Below are positions 10,601 to 18,765 of a stretch of 64,000 nucleotides of DNA, piece by piece. The notes below the pieces were generated by a model. The model saw only the letters and a list, made by a program, of their open reading frames with translations. It did not search any database and was not told where the DNA came from. Source of the stretch: Flavobacteriales bacterium (lineage in GTDB: Bacteria > Bacteroidota > Bacteroidia > CAIKAF01). Made by a program: the position numbers and the translations under genes. The stretch lies in assembly GCA_022402535.1 (NCBI GenBank), contig JAKRSD010000022.1:54779-118778 (forward strand), read 5' to 3'. The stretch's first letter is position 1; each line of letters opens with the position of its first letter.

Positions 10601-10739
10601 ATTTTTCTTTCTGAAATAGATCTAATCCTTCTTTATACACGGCTTCGGGACTCACATATACTTGGGTGCGTTGTGCGTAGGTTGCCGAAATAAACCATAC
10701 GGAGGCTGCGGTAACAAGTAACTTTTTGAATGTACTCAT
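7668..10739 (-). CDS. Large periplasmic tetratricopeptide repeat protein (~1020 aa)
   Basis: Signal peptide; many TPRs such as AYYNLGYVRFKQKNYPKAATEF and ALFEIGNTLF; ATG at 10739. Confidence 0.9.
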   Translation of the reverse strand: MSTFKKLLVTAASVWFISATYAQRTQVYVSPEAVYKEGLDLFQKEKYAAAQPKFEEFLKLKAEKAPGTRAYADYLSAVCAVELFHEDAEPRMLRFLSTYPESPLIISARFQLGKLKFRQKKFKEAIQYFKETEPDQLSREEWYEYKYKLGYSYFMTGKFNEALPNFREIKDTKNVYAVPATYYYAHINYLNKKYDEALVHFRKIEKEKAFSGLIPYYVVQIYYFQKKYDEVISYGKTIADTAKGKSVVPVYRLLAESYYIKEDYNASILNYNRFLTAGQNLDREGNYKLARAYYNTKKYAEAADRFAALTGVNDSLAQNSWYTLADCYMKLNKERNALDAFKMAYKTDVDKALAEDALFNFAKLSFKIDFDPYNEAIKALREYLDTYPNSPKAKEAYGFLAEVFMTTRNYKDALQVLDKIKKNDRRLEDAYRRVAYFHAQDLFNAGQYDEALKMYNLSAKPGWNNALSAGSIFWQGEIFYRRNQLPEAAEAYQEFLVTPGALESGLLNEAYYNLGYVRFKQKNYPKAATEFRKYIDNAKKEKDGKRKADACLRAGDCYYIQKDWNQALTYYNKAIETSSFDADYGLLQKGIIQGVLKQNNQKLSTLRQLEKEYPKSPYMAEALFEIGNTLFLDGKNEEGIATMQRVVNQYSGSSFHKKALLKIGLDYFNREKDEQALSYFKQVLEKYPGTPEANDALKYVRVIYVDAGKADDLVDFLRNIKGVDFNESALDSTFYTSAENLVIKGDCDKAVADFTKYLQKYPNGAFVINARYYRGECNFQKQQWDESLEDFLFVANAPLNNFTENALLRSGGIYFTKRQFAEAIQAYEKAEKVTELKDNILLIRLRLVESYAQTQANDKTIEYADMLLKEEKVTGIEKERIYLLLGKAYLNKNETENALTWLKKAADSKKTEASAEATHIECKIMFERGQYTQCEKRILATVNDMVSYYDWLAKNFILLSDVYMKLDNIDQAIATLQSVIDNHDVPETVNLARQKLEEAEAEQRRRNTKPDFNDFEFDSPGGN

Positions 10740-10903
10740 ACTGTTTGGATACAAATTTTCGAAGTAAAGGTATATAGCCGGCAGGCGCATTGATAAACGA
10801 TACGCCCCAACTTTTCAACCCCGGACGTTTAATAAATGTTTGAGAGCAAACGCCCCCGATGTAATAATATCAGGCATTTTTGCAATGTTTAACACTCCAC
10901 GAT

Positions 10904-11584
10904 ATGGCTTCATCCGAATCAAGAATTTTACTGAAAAATGTGCAGATTTTTCAAGGAAAACATCTCATTTTAAAGGATGTAAATTTGGATATTCATTCGG
11001 GTGAATTTGTGTATATGATCGGTAAAACGGGCAGTGGAAAAAGTTCTCTGCTCAAAACCCTGTATGCCGACATTCCGCTTAAGGATGGCGAAGGTATGGT
11101 TACCGATATGAGTCTGGTAAATCTGCGAAAAAACGATGTGCCTTTTCTGCGCCGCAAACTGGGTATCGTATTTCAGGATTTTCAACTGCTGAGCGACCGT
11201 TCCGTGCATGATAATCTGTTTTTTGTACTCAAGGCTACGGGCTGGGACAGCAAAAAGAAAATGGACGAACGCATTGAAGAAGTGTTGGATATGGTGGGGC
11301 TGAAAACGAAAGGACATAAATTTCCGCACGAATTATCGGGCGGGGAACAGCAACGGGTGGTGATTGCCCGCGCCCTGCTCAATAGGCCCCAACTTATTTT
11401 GGCCGATGAACCTACGGGAAATCTGGATCCGGAAACATCCGAAGAAATTATCCGACTGTTGATTAACATCAGTCGCACGGGAACGGCTATGTTGGTAGCT
11501 ACCCACGATTATGAAATCCTGAAAAAATATCCGAGTCGTACGATTGTGGTGGAAGATTCTACCGTGAAGGAAAAATCTCTTTAA
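10904..11584 (+). CDS. ftsE: FtsE-like ABC ATP-binding protein
   Basis: Walker [47 protein letters not shown]; no ftsX adjacent. Confidence 0.8.
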   Translation: MASSESRILLKNVQIFQGKHLILKDVNLDIHSGEFVYMIGKTGSGKSSLLKTLYADIPLKDGEGMVTDMSLVNLRKNDVPFLRRKLGIVFQDFQLLSDRSVHDNLFFVLKATGWDSKKKMDERIEEVLDMVGLKTKGHKFPHELSGGEQQRVVIARALLNRPQLILADEPTGNLDPETSEEIIRLLINISRTGTAMLVATHDYEILKKYPSRTIVVEDSTVKEKSL

Positions 11585-12701
11585 GCATAATTTCGGCTCC
11601 GTGGCGGTTTGAGAAAGCCGTTTCTAACATTTCGCTTCGCTTTGCAATTTCTTCCTGCGTGAATTTTTTGGAGAATAAGTCAGAGATGCCTTTTTTCATG
11701 GTTTGGGGCGTATTTTCTATCCGACAGAGTTTTTCCAAACCGGTGCCTTTTACCATGTTTTCATTCACGAGGCAATGTCTGCCATAAAACAGCGCCATCA
11801 ATAACTTGAGCTTGATACCCGTGGATTGCCACGTGGGTAATATATTGATATGGGCTTTGTGCACCAGGGATTGAATTTCGGCGGTATCTACTTTGCTTTT
11901 TAAGCAAACGTTGGACGATGCATCGCAGGCATCGCGCAGTTCTTTCGAAGGATTTTTACCGGCAATCACCAGTTTGTAGGGCAGATCGTTGAATACTTCC
12001 TTCACCAGTTTGATGGCGGCATGGTTATTTTCGGCCACATCCAGACTGCCGTGATATAACGCAAAATCATTTCCGCCTTCATCAATGCTTACTTTGTCGT
12101 TCAGGTGAAAAGCCGTTACACACCAAACCGGCGTATCCGCGTATTTTTTGCTGAAATATTCTGCATCAGCTTTAGAAATGGCAAATATTCCGCTGCATTG
12201 CGCAAGTATCTGTTCAAACTGTTCCAGTTTTCCCGCTTCTGAGGAATAATAATAGCGTTTGAAAATATTGCGTTCTACATTAGCTAACCCGCGATAATAA
12301 TCGTGTTCTACATTGTGTGTACGCACAAATATTTTTCTCTTTTTCAGCTGGGGATTTGAAATAATTCCGCAGCAATGCAAACCTTCCAATAAAATGGGAT
12401 AATTGTCTTTTGCCAAACGGTTCACCAATTCTTCCGAACGGCGCCCATATACCACATAAGGCAAGGCCCCGAAGAGTCCGTTTTTACCGGTATCTCTGCG
12501 GTAATAATGCACTTCTTCGCAGTAGGCATTAAGCTCGGGAGCCTGCGGACGGCCATATTCATAACAATGCAGAATGATACTAACTCCGGCTTCCTTTAAC
12601 GCTTTAATTTTGCAGAAAATATCAATCAATCCTCCGTTATCCGCCGGAAAGGGGATGTTGAATGCCACCAGGTGCAGCTTATTTTTGGAGGATTTGCTCA
12701 T
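11559..12701 (-). CDS. Glycosyltransferase, GT4 family
   Basis: GT-B features: IPFPADNGG N-terminus, TGIKLKLLMAL nucleotide-sugar-binding region. Confidence 0.8.
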   Translation of the reverse strand: MSKSSKNKLHLVAFNIPFPADNGGLIDIFCKIKALKEAGVSIILHCYEYGRPQAPELNAYCEEVHYYRRDTGKNGLFGALPYVVYGRRSEELVNRLAKDNYPILLEGLHCCGIISNPQLKKRKIFVRTHNVEHDYYRGLANVERNIFKRYYYSSEAGKLEQFEQILAQCSGIFAISKADAEYFSKKYADTPVWCVTAFHLNDKVSIDEGGNDFALYHGSLDVAENNHAAIKLVKEVFNDLPYKLVIAGKNPSKELRDACDASSNVCLKSKVDTAEIQSLVHKAHINILPTWQSTGIKLKLLMALFYGRHCLVNENMVKGTGLEKLCRIENTPQTMKKGISDLFSKKFTQEEIAKRSEMLETAFSNRHGAEIMLKEIFPSR

Positions 12702-13821
12702 AACGCTTTTTCAGTTCGATTTCTTCGTTTTCTCTGCACAATTTTTCGGCGGCGAATGTAAGATTTTTCTTCCATGTACTGCGCCGGTTTTCATCGTTCA
12801 GGCATTCCTCCATTTTCTTAGCGATGTGTTCAGTCTCAAACTGTTCAATACAGTCGCCCACCTCATAGGTTTCAATAATGTTTTTTAACTCGGGCAGGGG
12901 AGAAGAAAGTACGGGAATGCCCGCCTGTATGTAATCGAAAATTTTATTGGGCAGGCTGTACAGGTAATTCAGGTTATCGCCTTTATCGAGTGTGATGCCC
13001 AAGTCCGCATTCAGCGTGTATTGCATAAGTTCTTCATAAGGCAGACGGCCTTTGAACCACACTTTTTCATGCAAGTTTTCCTGTTGTACTTTCTGTTTGA
13101 GGGCGGGAATCACATCGCCGTTTCCGATAATAAGCAAAAGGCAGGGAAAATCAATATGTTTCATCGCTTCCACCGCTTCTTCTGCACCACGTCTTACATT
13201 GATTCCGTTGCCTTGCAGAATGATGATTTTTTTATCGGCAGGTAACCCTAGTTCAGCTCTTGTTTTTCTTACGGGCGGATGAAAACGGTACGGCATGTTT
13301 CTGAACACCAGAAACTTTACACCGTAACGTTTTTCTAAGATATCGGCAATGGATTGATTTACGGTGATGCAATGCGATAAACGGGGCACAATGCTTTTTT
13401 CAATACGCAGCCATACCCATTTGGCAAAGGCGTTTTCTTCCAGTTCGGGGACTTCGGTAAACAGTTCGTGACTGTCATACACCAAAGGGATGTTTTTGAA
13501 ACGCGATACCAGATAATTGGCGGGTAACGTGTCGAGGTCGTTCGCCACCAACACATCCGACTTAGAAAATAACAGATGGAAAAAAAGCCGGATGTTATAT
13601 TCTGCATAAAAAAATGCACTTTTACTGAATAAGAGCCGCATACGGGTCTGCGTATATTTTTCGGAAGAAAGCGGCGGACTTTCGGGCAATTTCCTACCGA
13701 TGAATTCCACTGTATGTCCCATTTCGGTGAGCATGGAGCAGAGACGCTTCACGCGGTTGTCCGTGACCAGATCATTGGTTACGGATACCAAAATTTTTCG
13801 GGACGGGGATTGGCTCTTCAC
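12679..13821 (-). CDS. Glycosyltransferase, GT4 family
   Basis: SVTNDLVTDNRV, VYDSHELF, PNKIFDYIQAGIPVLSSPLPE; GTG start. Confidence 0.88.
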   Translation of the reverse strand: MKSQSPSRKILVSVTNDLVTDNRVKRLCSMLTEMGHTVEFIGRKLPESPPLSSEKYTQTRMRLLFSKSAFFYAEYNIRLFFHLLFSKSDVLVANDLDTLPANYLVSRFKNIPLVYDSHELFTEVPELEENAFAKWVWLRIEKSIVPRLSHCITVNQSIADILEKRYGVKFLVFRNMPYRFHPPVRKTRAELGLPADKKIIILQGNGINVRRGAEEAVEAMKHIDFPCLLLIIGNGDVIPALKQKVQQENLHEKVWFKGRLPYEELMQYTLNADLGITLDKGDNLNYLYSLPNKIFDYIQAGIPVLSSPLPELKNIIETYEVGDCIEQFETEHIAKKMEECLNDENRRSTWKKNLTFAAEKLCRENEEIELKKRYEQILQK

Positions 13822-13896
13822 GCTGCCAAAGGTATTAATTACGGTTTTGGGAATTGCGGGTTTTAGTAAAGAAACATGGAATTCATTCGAATTTTA

Positions 13897-13904
13897 TACA
13901 TTTG
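13897..13904 (+). promoter_or_regulatory. sigmaA -7 element TACATTTG driving the riboswitch leader
   Basis: Exact TAnnTTTG 7 nt upstream of the riboswitch 5' end. Confidence 0.65.
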
Positions 13905-13911
13905 GCACGGT

Positions 13912-13966
13912 GGCAATGGTGTCTGCCCTGAACCGCTCCGCATCTTGCGGAACTGATGGCGCCTAC
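13912..13966 (+). ncRNA. Fluoride riboswitch (crcB motif)
   Basis: GGCAATGGTGTCTGCC-CTGAACCGCT-CCGCATCTTGCGG-AACTGATGGCGCCTAC matches the GGCRAUGGNGUYYGCC...AACCGC...hairpin...CURAUGRCRCCUAC pattern; lies directly upstream of a CLC-F gene. Confidence 0.93.
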
Positions 13967-13997
13967 TTAAATCAATAAAAGTTGAAATGGGTAGGTT

Positions 13998-15320
13998 ATG
14001 AAAAAAAGAAAAACGGTTCATTCATCCTCAAATAGTAAAGAAAAGGAAATTCGGCCTGAATCCCTTGTACATAAAGGATTAAAATGGTTTCTGTTTATCC
14101 TGATTTCGGGCGCAGCTGCCGGAACGTTGTCTGCCCTGTTTTTGTACTTGTTGGACCGGGTTACCGAAATGAGAATGGCATCCCCTGTGTTGATTTGTTT
14201 TTTACCCCTTGCCGGTTTTGTGTTAGGCTGGATTTATTACCGCTTTGGAGGCCGTGCCAATGCCGGGAATGGAGTAATCACTTCTGAGTTTTACACGCCA
14301 TCCGAACCCATTCCTTTTCGTTTGGCTCCCTTTGTTTTGGGCGGCACGCTGTTAACCCATCTTTTTGGCGGATCGGCAGGCCGGGAGGGAACCGCCGTGC
14401 AGATGAGTGTAGCCGTAACCGATCGTTTTGTAAACTGGTTCGGATTAAAATCTCTGAACAGGCAGATTATGATTAGGGCGGGAATCAGTGCCGGCTTTGC
14501 TTCTGTGTTCGGAACTCCCTTTGCGGGAGCCATTTTTGCGTTGGAAACCTTAACCGTGAAGAAATTTTCTTTCAAAGCGGTAATCCCCGTGGTGGTGATT
14601 GCTTTTTGGGCAGACTTTGTCTGCCATGCCTGGGGAGTGGGGCATACCCGTTATGAACCGATCGAACTTCCTGCTTTTCAGTTTTCTTTTTTAGGGTGGA
14701 TTCCTTTAGCCGCTATTATCATGGGGCTTACGGCTTTTCTTTTCCTGCAGCTTCTTCATTCGTTTGCCCGTTATTTTCAGCAATGGATTACTTATCCTCC
14801 TCTTAGGCCTTTTATCGGCGGGGCGATATTAGCCCCGACGGTGCTTCTGTTCGGGTGGTATGATTATGTGGGATTGGGTGTTCCGGTAATTGTTTCTTCT
14901 TTTTCTGAAGAATGGCCTGCGTATGCTTTTCTGCTGAAAATTCTGCTGACTACTTTTACGCTTGCCGCCGGATTTAAAGGGGGAGAGGTTACTCCCTTGT
15001 TTTTTATCGGAGCCCTGCTCGGAAATGCCTTAAGCGCTTTTATTCCGCTGCCCCTGGCCTTTTTGGCCGGTTTGGGTTTTGTGTCGGTGTTTTCAGGGGC
15101 TACCAATGCGCCCATAGCCTGTGCCGTGATGGGCATGGAGTTGTTTGGGTGGCAGATGGGTGGGTATCTCTTGGTTTGTTCCGTGTTGGCATTTGTTTTT
15201 TCAGGAACATCAGGGTTATATGTTTCGGGTTATTCTTTAGAAAATATCCATCCCTTACTTGGAAAATCTAATCGATTCATTACTAATTATTTTGAAAAAG
15301 TATTGAAAACGGTTAAATAA
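13998..15320 (+). CDS. CLC-F type F-/H+ antiporter (EriC-like fluoride exporter)
   Basis: CLC-F subclade signatures GNGVI (for GNNLI), GREGT and GEVTP; preceded by a fluoride riboswitch. Confidence 0.92.
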   Translation: MKKRKTVHSSSNSKEKEIRPESLVHKGLKWFLFILISGAAAGTLSALFLYLLDRVTEMRMASPVLICFLPLAGFVLGWIYYRFGGRANAGNGVITSEFYTPSEPIPFRLAPFVLGGTLLTHLFGGSAGREGTAVQMSVAVTDRFVNWFGLKSLNRQIMIRAGISAGFASVFGTPFAGAIFALETLTVKKFSFKAVIPVVVIAFWADFVCHAWGVGHTRYEPIELPAFQFSFLGWIPLAAIIMGLTAFLFLQLLHSFARYFQQWITYPPLRPFIGGAILAPTVLLFGWYDYVGLGVPVIVSSFSEEWPAYAFLLKILLTTFTLAAGFKGGEVTPLFFIGALLGNALSAFIPLPLAFLAGLGFVSVFSGATNAPIACAVMGMELFGWQMGGYLLVCSVLAFVFSGTSGLYVSGYSLENIHPLLGKSNRFITNYFEKVLKTVK

Positions 15321-15433
15321 TCAAAAACTTTAAACTTGTAGTAACATCTTTTAAAAGTATTGTTATTTTCGTACGCCGTGTTTTTAAGAACACGTGTTCT
15401 AATCTTTGATTTTTAGACAATATTTTAAGATAG

Positions 15434-18400
15434 ATGAAGAAGTGCTTTACTTTCTTGTTTTTGTGTTTTACAGCAATGGGATTATATTCTCAAACCCCAT
15501 GTAATATTCAGGCTTTTGCATCGCCATTGCAGATTCAATGTGGACAGGAAGTTCAGTTATCGGCATTTGGAACCGGTTCCGGCAATGTGGCATTTCAGGA
15601 GAATTTTAATTCAGGCAGTCCACAGGGATGGCAGTTCACCCAAACGGTTACCATAGCCAACAACACTTGTGGTGTTCCCTCACCTGATGGTTCTCCATTT
15701 ATGTGGATGGGAGATGCGTCGGTGAATCCGCGGGATATGACAACTGTTCCTTTCGACTTGACATTAGGGGGGACCATTTGTTTTGAAATGCGCTATGCCA
15801 TCCAGGGGCAGGCATCTCCCTGCGAAGGTCCGGATGAGCCACAAGAGGGGGTTTATGTGCAATACAGTGTAAATGGTGGGGCTAACTGGACAACCATTGA
15901 ATATTGGAATCCAAACGGAGGAAACGATGCCCAGCTCGTAAACTGGAATCAGTATTGTCTGGCTATACCTCCCGGGGCTCAGACTCCCAATACGATGATT
16001 CGTTGGCATCAGGATAATGTGAGTGGCGCTGAATATGATCACTGGGGTATTGATAATGTCATCATCACGCTTAATGATCCCAATTATGTAATCACATGGA
16101 ATCATGACGGATATTCATATGGTTTAGGCTCATCGGGCGGATTAAATCCCAATATCGTGTCACCGACATCCACCACGACTTATACCGTGCAGATTTCTGA
16201 CGGAAATAACACCTGTACCGATCAGATTCAGGTGGTGGTGTCTGATCCTGTAATTGTGGTATCCGCCGAATCTGATGTAACTATTTGTCCCGGAGAATGT
16301 GTAGATTTAGATGGGACCGCATATTGGCAAATTCAGCCGGCGGGACCGGTCACTTTTGTTAATGATGTTTCTCAGACCATCTCAGCCGGTTTCGGTGGTG
16401 GAGCCATCAGCATTCCCATTGTTACCAGCGGATTGAATATCGGGGCGTTAGGTGCGAACGATATTTTAGAAGTCTGTATCACCAATATGTCTTATTTCGG
16501 GCAGAATATTTTTCCTCCTTCGTTGCTCACCGTAGGTTCATTTACCATTAATCTGGTATGCCCGGGAGGAAACAGCATAACGCTGGTGCCAAACGGCGTA
16601 ACTACCAGTACATTTATTCTTCCCGGATATGTGAACACCTGCTTCACCATGTCGGCCATGAATCAGATTAACACCGCATCTCCACCATATTCAAATACAT
16701 ATCAGCCCAATCAATCGTTTGCCAATTTAGCAGGATGTCAGGCAAATGGTACGTGGACCATGTCGTTGGTTCCATCGGGTTTGCTTGGTGTGGGTTCAGG
16801 AAATTTTGGCGGATGGTCCATTACGTTTGATGATCCGGGTTTGGTGGGACCGGTAACGTATACATGGAGCCCTACTACAAACATGACCGCTGAAAACACG
16901 CTTACACCCGAAGTATGTCCCAATTTTACAACAACTTATACACTCACCGCCACCAATGCACCGGGATGTTTACCGGCTTCAGATCAGGTTACGGTAACCG
17001 TTCCTAATTCATGTTGTCAGCTACAGCTAGTTAATGTGGCCGTTACTCAGCCAAGTTGTACCGGCAACGACGGACAAATTGTAATAACAGTGTCGGATGC
17101 CATTGCCGGGCTGCAATACAGCATTGATAACGGAGTTACGTTTCAGGCTTCAAATACATTTACCGGTTTAGCTCCAGGAGCTTATAACGTTTTGGTAAAT
17201 GATGATAATGATTGTCCGGTGGGTCAAGCAGTTGATCTGGTAAATGATAATGCGCCTGTGATAGATGATATTATTACTAGTAACTCTTCATGCGTTGGAA
17301 ATGATGGAAGTATAACCGTAAATGCATCGGGAGGAAGCGGTGGGTTTCAGTACAGTCTTGATGGAGGAGTTACTTTTCAGGCATCCAATGTTTTTTCGGA
17401 CTTAGCCGCCGGAAATTATACCATTACCCTAGAAGATGCAGGCGGTTGTCAGGCCACCGGACAGGCAACGGTTTCCACACCAGGAGGTTTGTCTATAACT
17501 GCGGTAAATACCACACAACCATCCTGCGGACAAGCCGATGGTTCCTTAGTAATTATTGCCAACGGAAACGGAATTCAGTATAGTATCGATGGTGGGGTAA
17601 CTTATCAGGTATCTTCTACATTCACAGACCTATCTTCGGGAAATTATACCATTACCGTGCTGGACGAAGATGGATGTGAAGCTACCGAAAATGTGGTTTT
17701 AAATGATTTCGGTGCACCGGTTATCAATTCGGTGCAGGTAGTAAATATTGGTTGTGCAAATGCGGTGGGTTCTATCACCATAAATGCCACAGGCCAAAAT
17801 TTACAATACAGTATTGATGGAGGCGTCACCTTTCAGGCGGGGAATGTATTCAACGGGTTGGCGGCAGGAACTTACAATGTATTGGTGAGCGAAAACGGCT
17901 GTGAAGCTTCTGAAACGGCACAGATAACCGAATCTCCCATTCTTGCGGCAAACTTAAATGTTATAAATGACGGTTGTACCCCTGATTGTTCCGGCTCCGT
18001 TGCCGTGAATATAACAAACGGAACCCCGCCATACACCTATAACTGGGCCGGGGGAGTTGCCGGAAATGTGCCTCAGATACTCAATCTATGTGCTGGAAAT
18101 TATTCGGTGAATATTCAGGATGAAACGGGATGTACTTTAGCATTACAAGGGGCTGTGGGAACGTCCTCTTCGCCCTTGGCTGATTTTGATTTTAACCCTT
18201 CGCAGGTGATATTGCCGGATGGATTGGTTTCCTTCACCAACTTGTCAAGCGGATCCGATTCGTATTCATGGTCATTTGCCGGCTTGGGAATTTCTGATGC
18301 GGCAAATCCTTTGTTCGATTTTAGTGCAGCAGCTCCCGGTGTTTATCCTGTTTGTTTAATCGCTTTCAATGCGGAAGGGTGTAGTTCAGAACACTGCGAA

Positions 18401-18703
18401 AATCTGACAGTGAAAGAAGACTTTCTGCTCTTTATCCCCAATGCTTTTACTCCCAATGGTAATAACCAGAACGAAACTTTTTTTCCTGTAACACGAGATA
18501 TTTTGTTTGGCGACGAATTTGAATTTTCGGTGTTCAGCCGTTGGGGCGAATTGATGTTTATTACCCAAGAGAGTAATCAGGGCTGGGACGGAACATATTT
18601 TGGTAAACAGCTTCCTCCGGATGTATATGTGTGGAAAGTCAAAGTGAAAGCGAAAGGACAGCTCGAAAAAGTATATTTGGGACATGTAACACTCCTCAGA
18701 TAA
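15434..18703 (+). CDS. T9SS type-B (gliding motility-associated CTD) cell-surface protein: Reelin-like domain, P-domain, SprB repeats, PKD
   Basis: Signal peptide; C-terminal FIPNAFTPNGNNQNETF...VFSRWGELMF...GWDGTYFG...YVW...GHVTLLR; repeats YSIDGGVTFQxxNxFxxLxxGxY. Confidence 0.9.
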   Translation: MKKCFTFLFLCFTAMGLYSQTPCNIQAFASPLQIQCGQEVQLSAFGTGSGNVAFQENFNSGSPQGWQFTQTVTIANNTCGVPSPDGSPFMWMGDASVNPRDMTTVPFDLTLGGTICFEMRYAIQGQASPCEGPDEPQEGVYVQYSVNGGANWTTIEYWNPNGGNDAQLVNWNQYCLAIPPGAQTPNTMIRWHQDNVSGAEYDHWGIDNVIITLNDPNYVITWNHDGYSYGLGSSGGLNPNIVSPTSTTTYTVQISDGNNTCTDQIQVVVSDPVIVVSAESDVTICPGECVDLDGTAYWQIQPAGPVTFVNDVSQTISAGFGGGAISIPIVTSGLNIGALGANDILEVCITNMSYFGQNIFPPSLLTVGSFTINLVCPGGNSITLVPNGVTTSTFILPGYVNTCFTMSAMNQINTASPPYSNTYQPNQSFANLAGCQANGTWTMSLVPSGLLGVGSGNFGGWSITFDDPGLVGPVTYTWSPTTNMTAENTLTPEVCPNFTTTYTLTATNAPGCLPASDQVTVTVPNSCCQLQLVNVAVTQPSCTGNDGQIVITVSDAIAGLQYSIDNGVTFQASNTFTGLAPGAYNVLVNDDNDCPVGQAVDLVNDNAPVIDDIITSNSSCVGNDGSITVNASGGSGGFQYSLDGGVTFQASNVFSDLAAGNYTITLEDAGGCQATGQATVSTPGGLSITAVNTTQPSCGQADGSLVIIANGNGIQYSIDGGVTYQVSSTFTDLSSGNYTITVLDEDGCEATENVVLNDFGAPVINSVQVVNIGCANAVGSITINATGQNLQYSIDGGVTFQAGNVFNGLAAGTYNVLVSENGCEASETAQITESPILAANLNVINDGCTPDCSGSVAVNITNGTPPYTYNWAGGVAGNVPQILNLCAGNYSVNIQDETGCTLALQGAVGTSSSPLADFDFNPSQVILPDGLVSFTNLSSGSDSYSWSFAGLGISDAANPLFDFSAAAPGVYPVCLIAFNAEGCSSEHCENLTVKEDFLLFIPNAFTPNGNNQNETFFPVTRDILFGDEFEFSVFSRWGELMFITQESNQGWDGTYFGKQLPPDVYVWKVKVKAKGQLEKVYLGHVTLLR
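17114..17880 (+). repeat. Four tandem SprB-type coding repeats (~76-78 aa)
   Basis: CARTAYAG..GAT..GG..T.AC.T.TCAG units begin at 17114, 17348, 17576 and 17804 (spacing 234, 228, 228 nt). Confidence 0.85.
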
Positions 18704-18714
18704 CAGATAAAAAC

Positions 18715-18747
18715 AAAAAAGGGATATGAATTTCATATCCCTTTTTT
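18715..18747. terminator. Bidirectional Rho-independent terminator
   Basis: Perfect inverted repeat AAAAAAGGGATATGAA-T-TTCATATCCCTTTTTT between convergent genes. Confidence 0.9.
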
Positions 18748-18765
18748 ATTCATGAATAATTCAAT

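Noticed and set aside
11559-11584. Convergent 26-nt overlap of the ftsE-like and GT4 genes
   Set aside because: Common consequence of compact gene packing; nothing else supports a regulatory role
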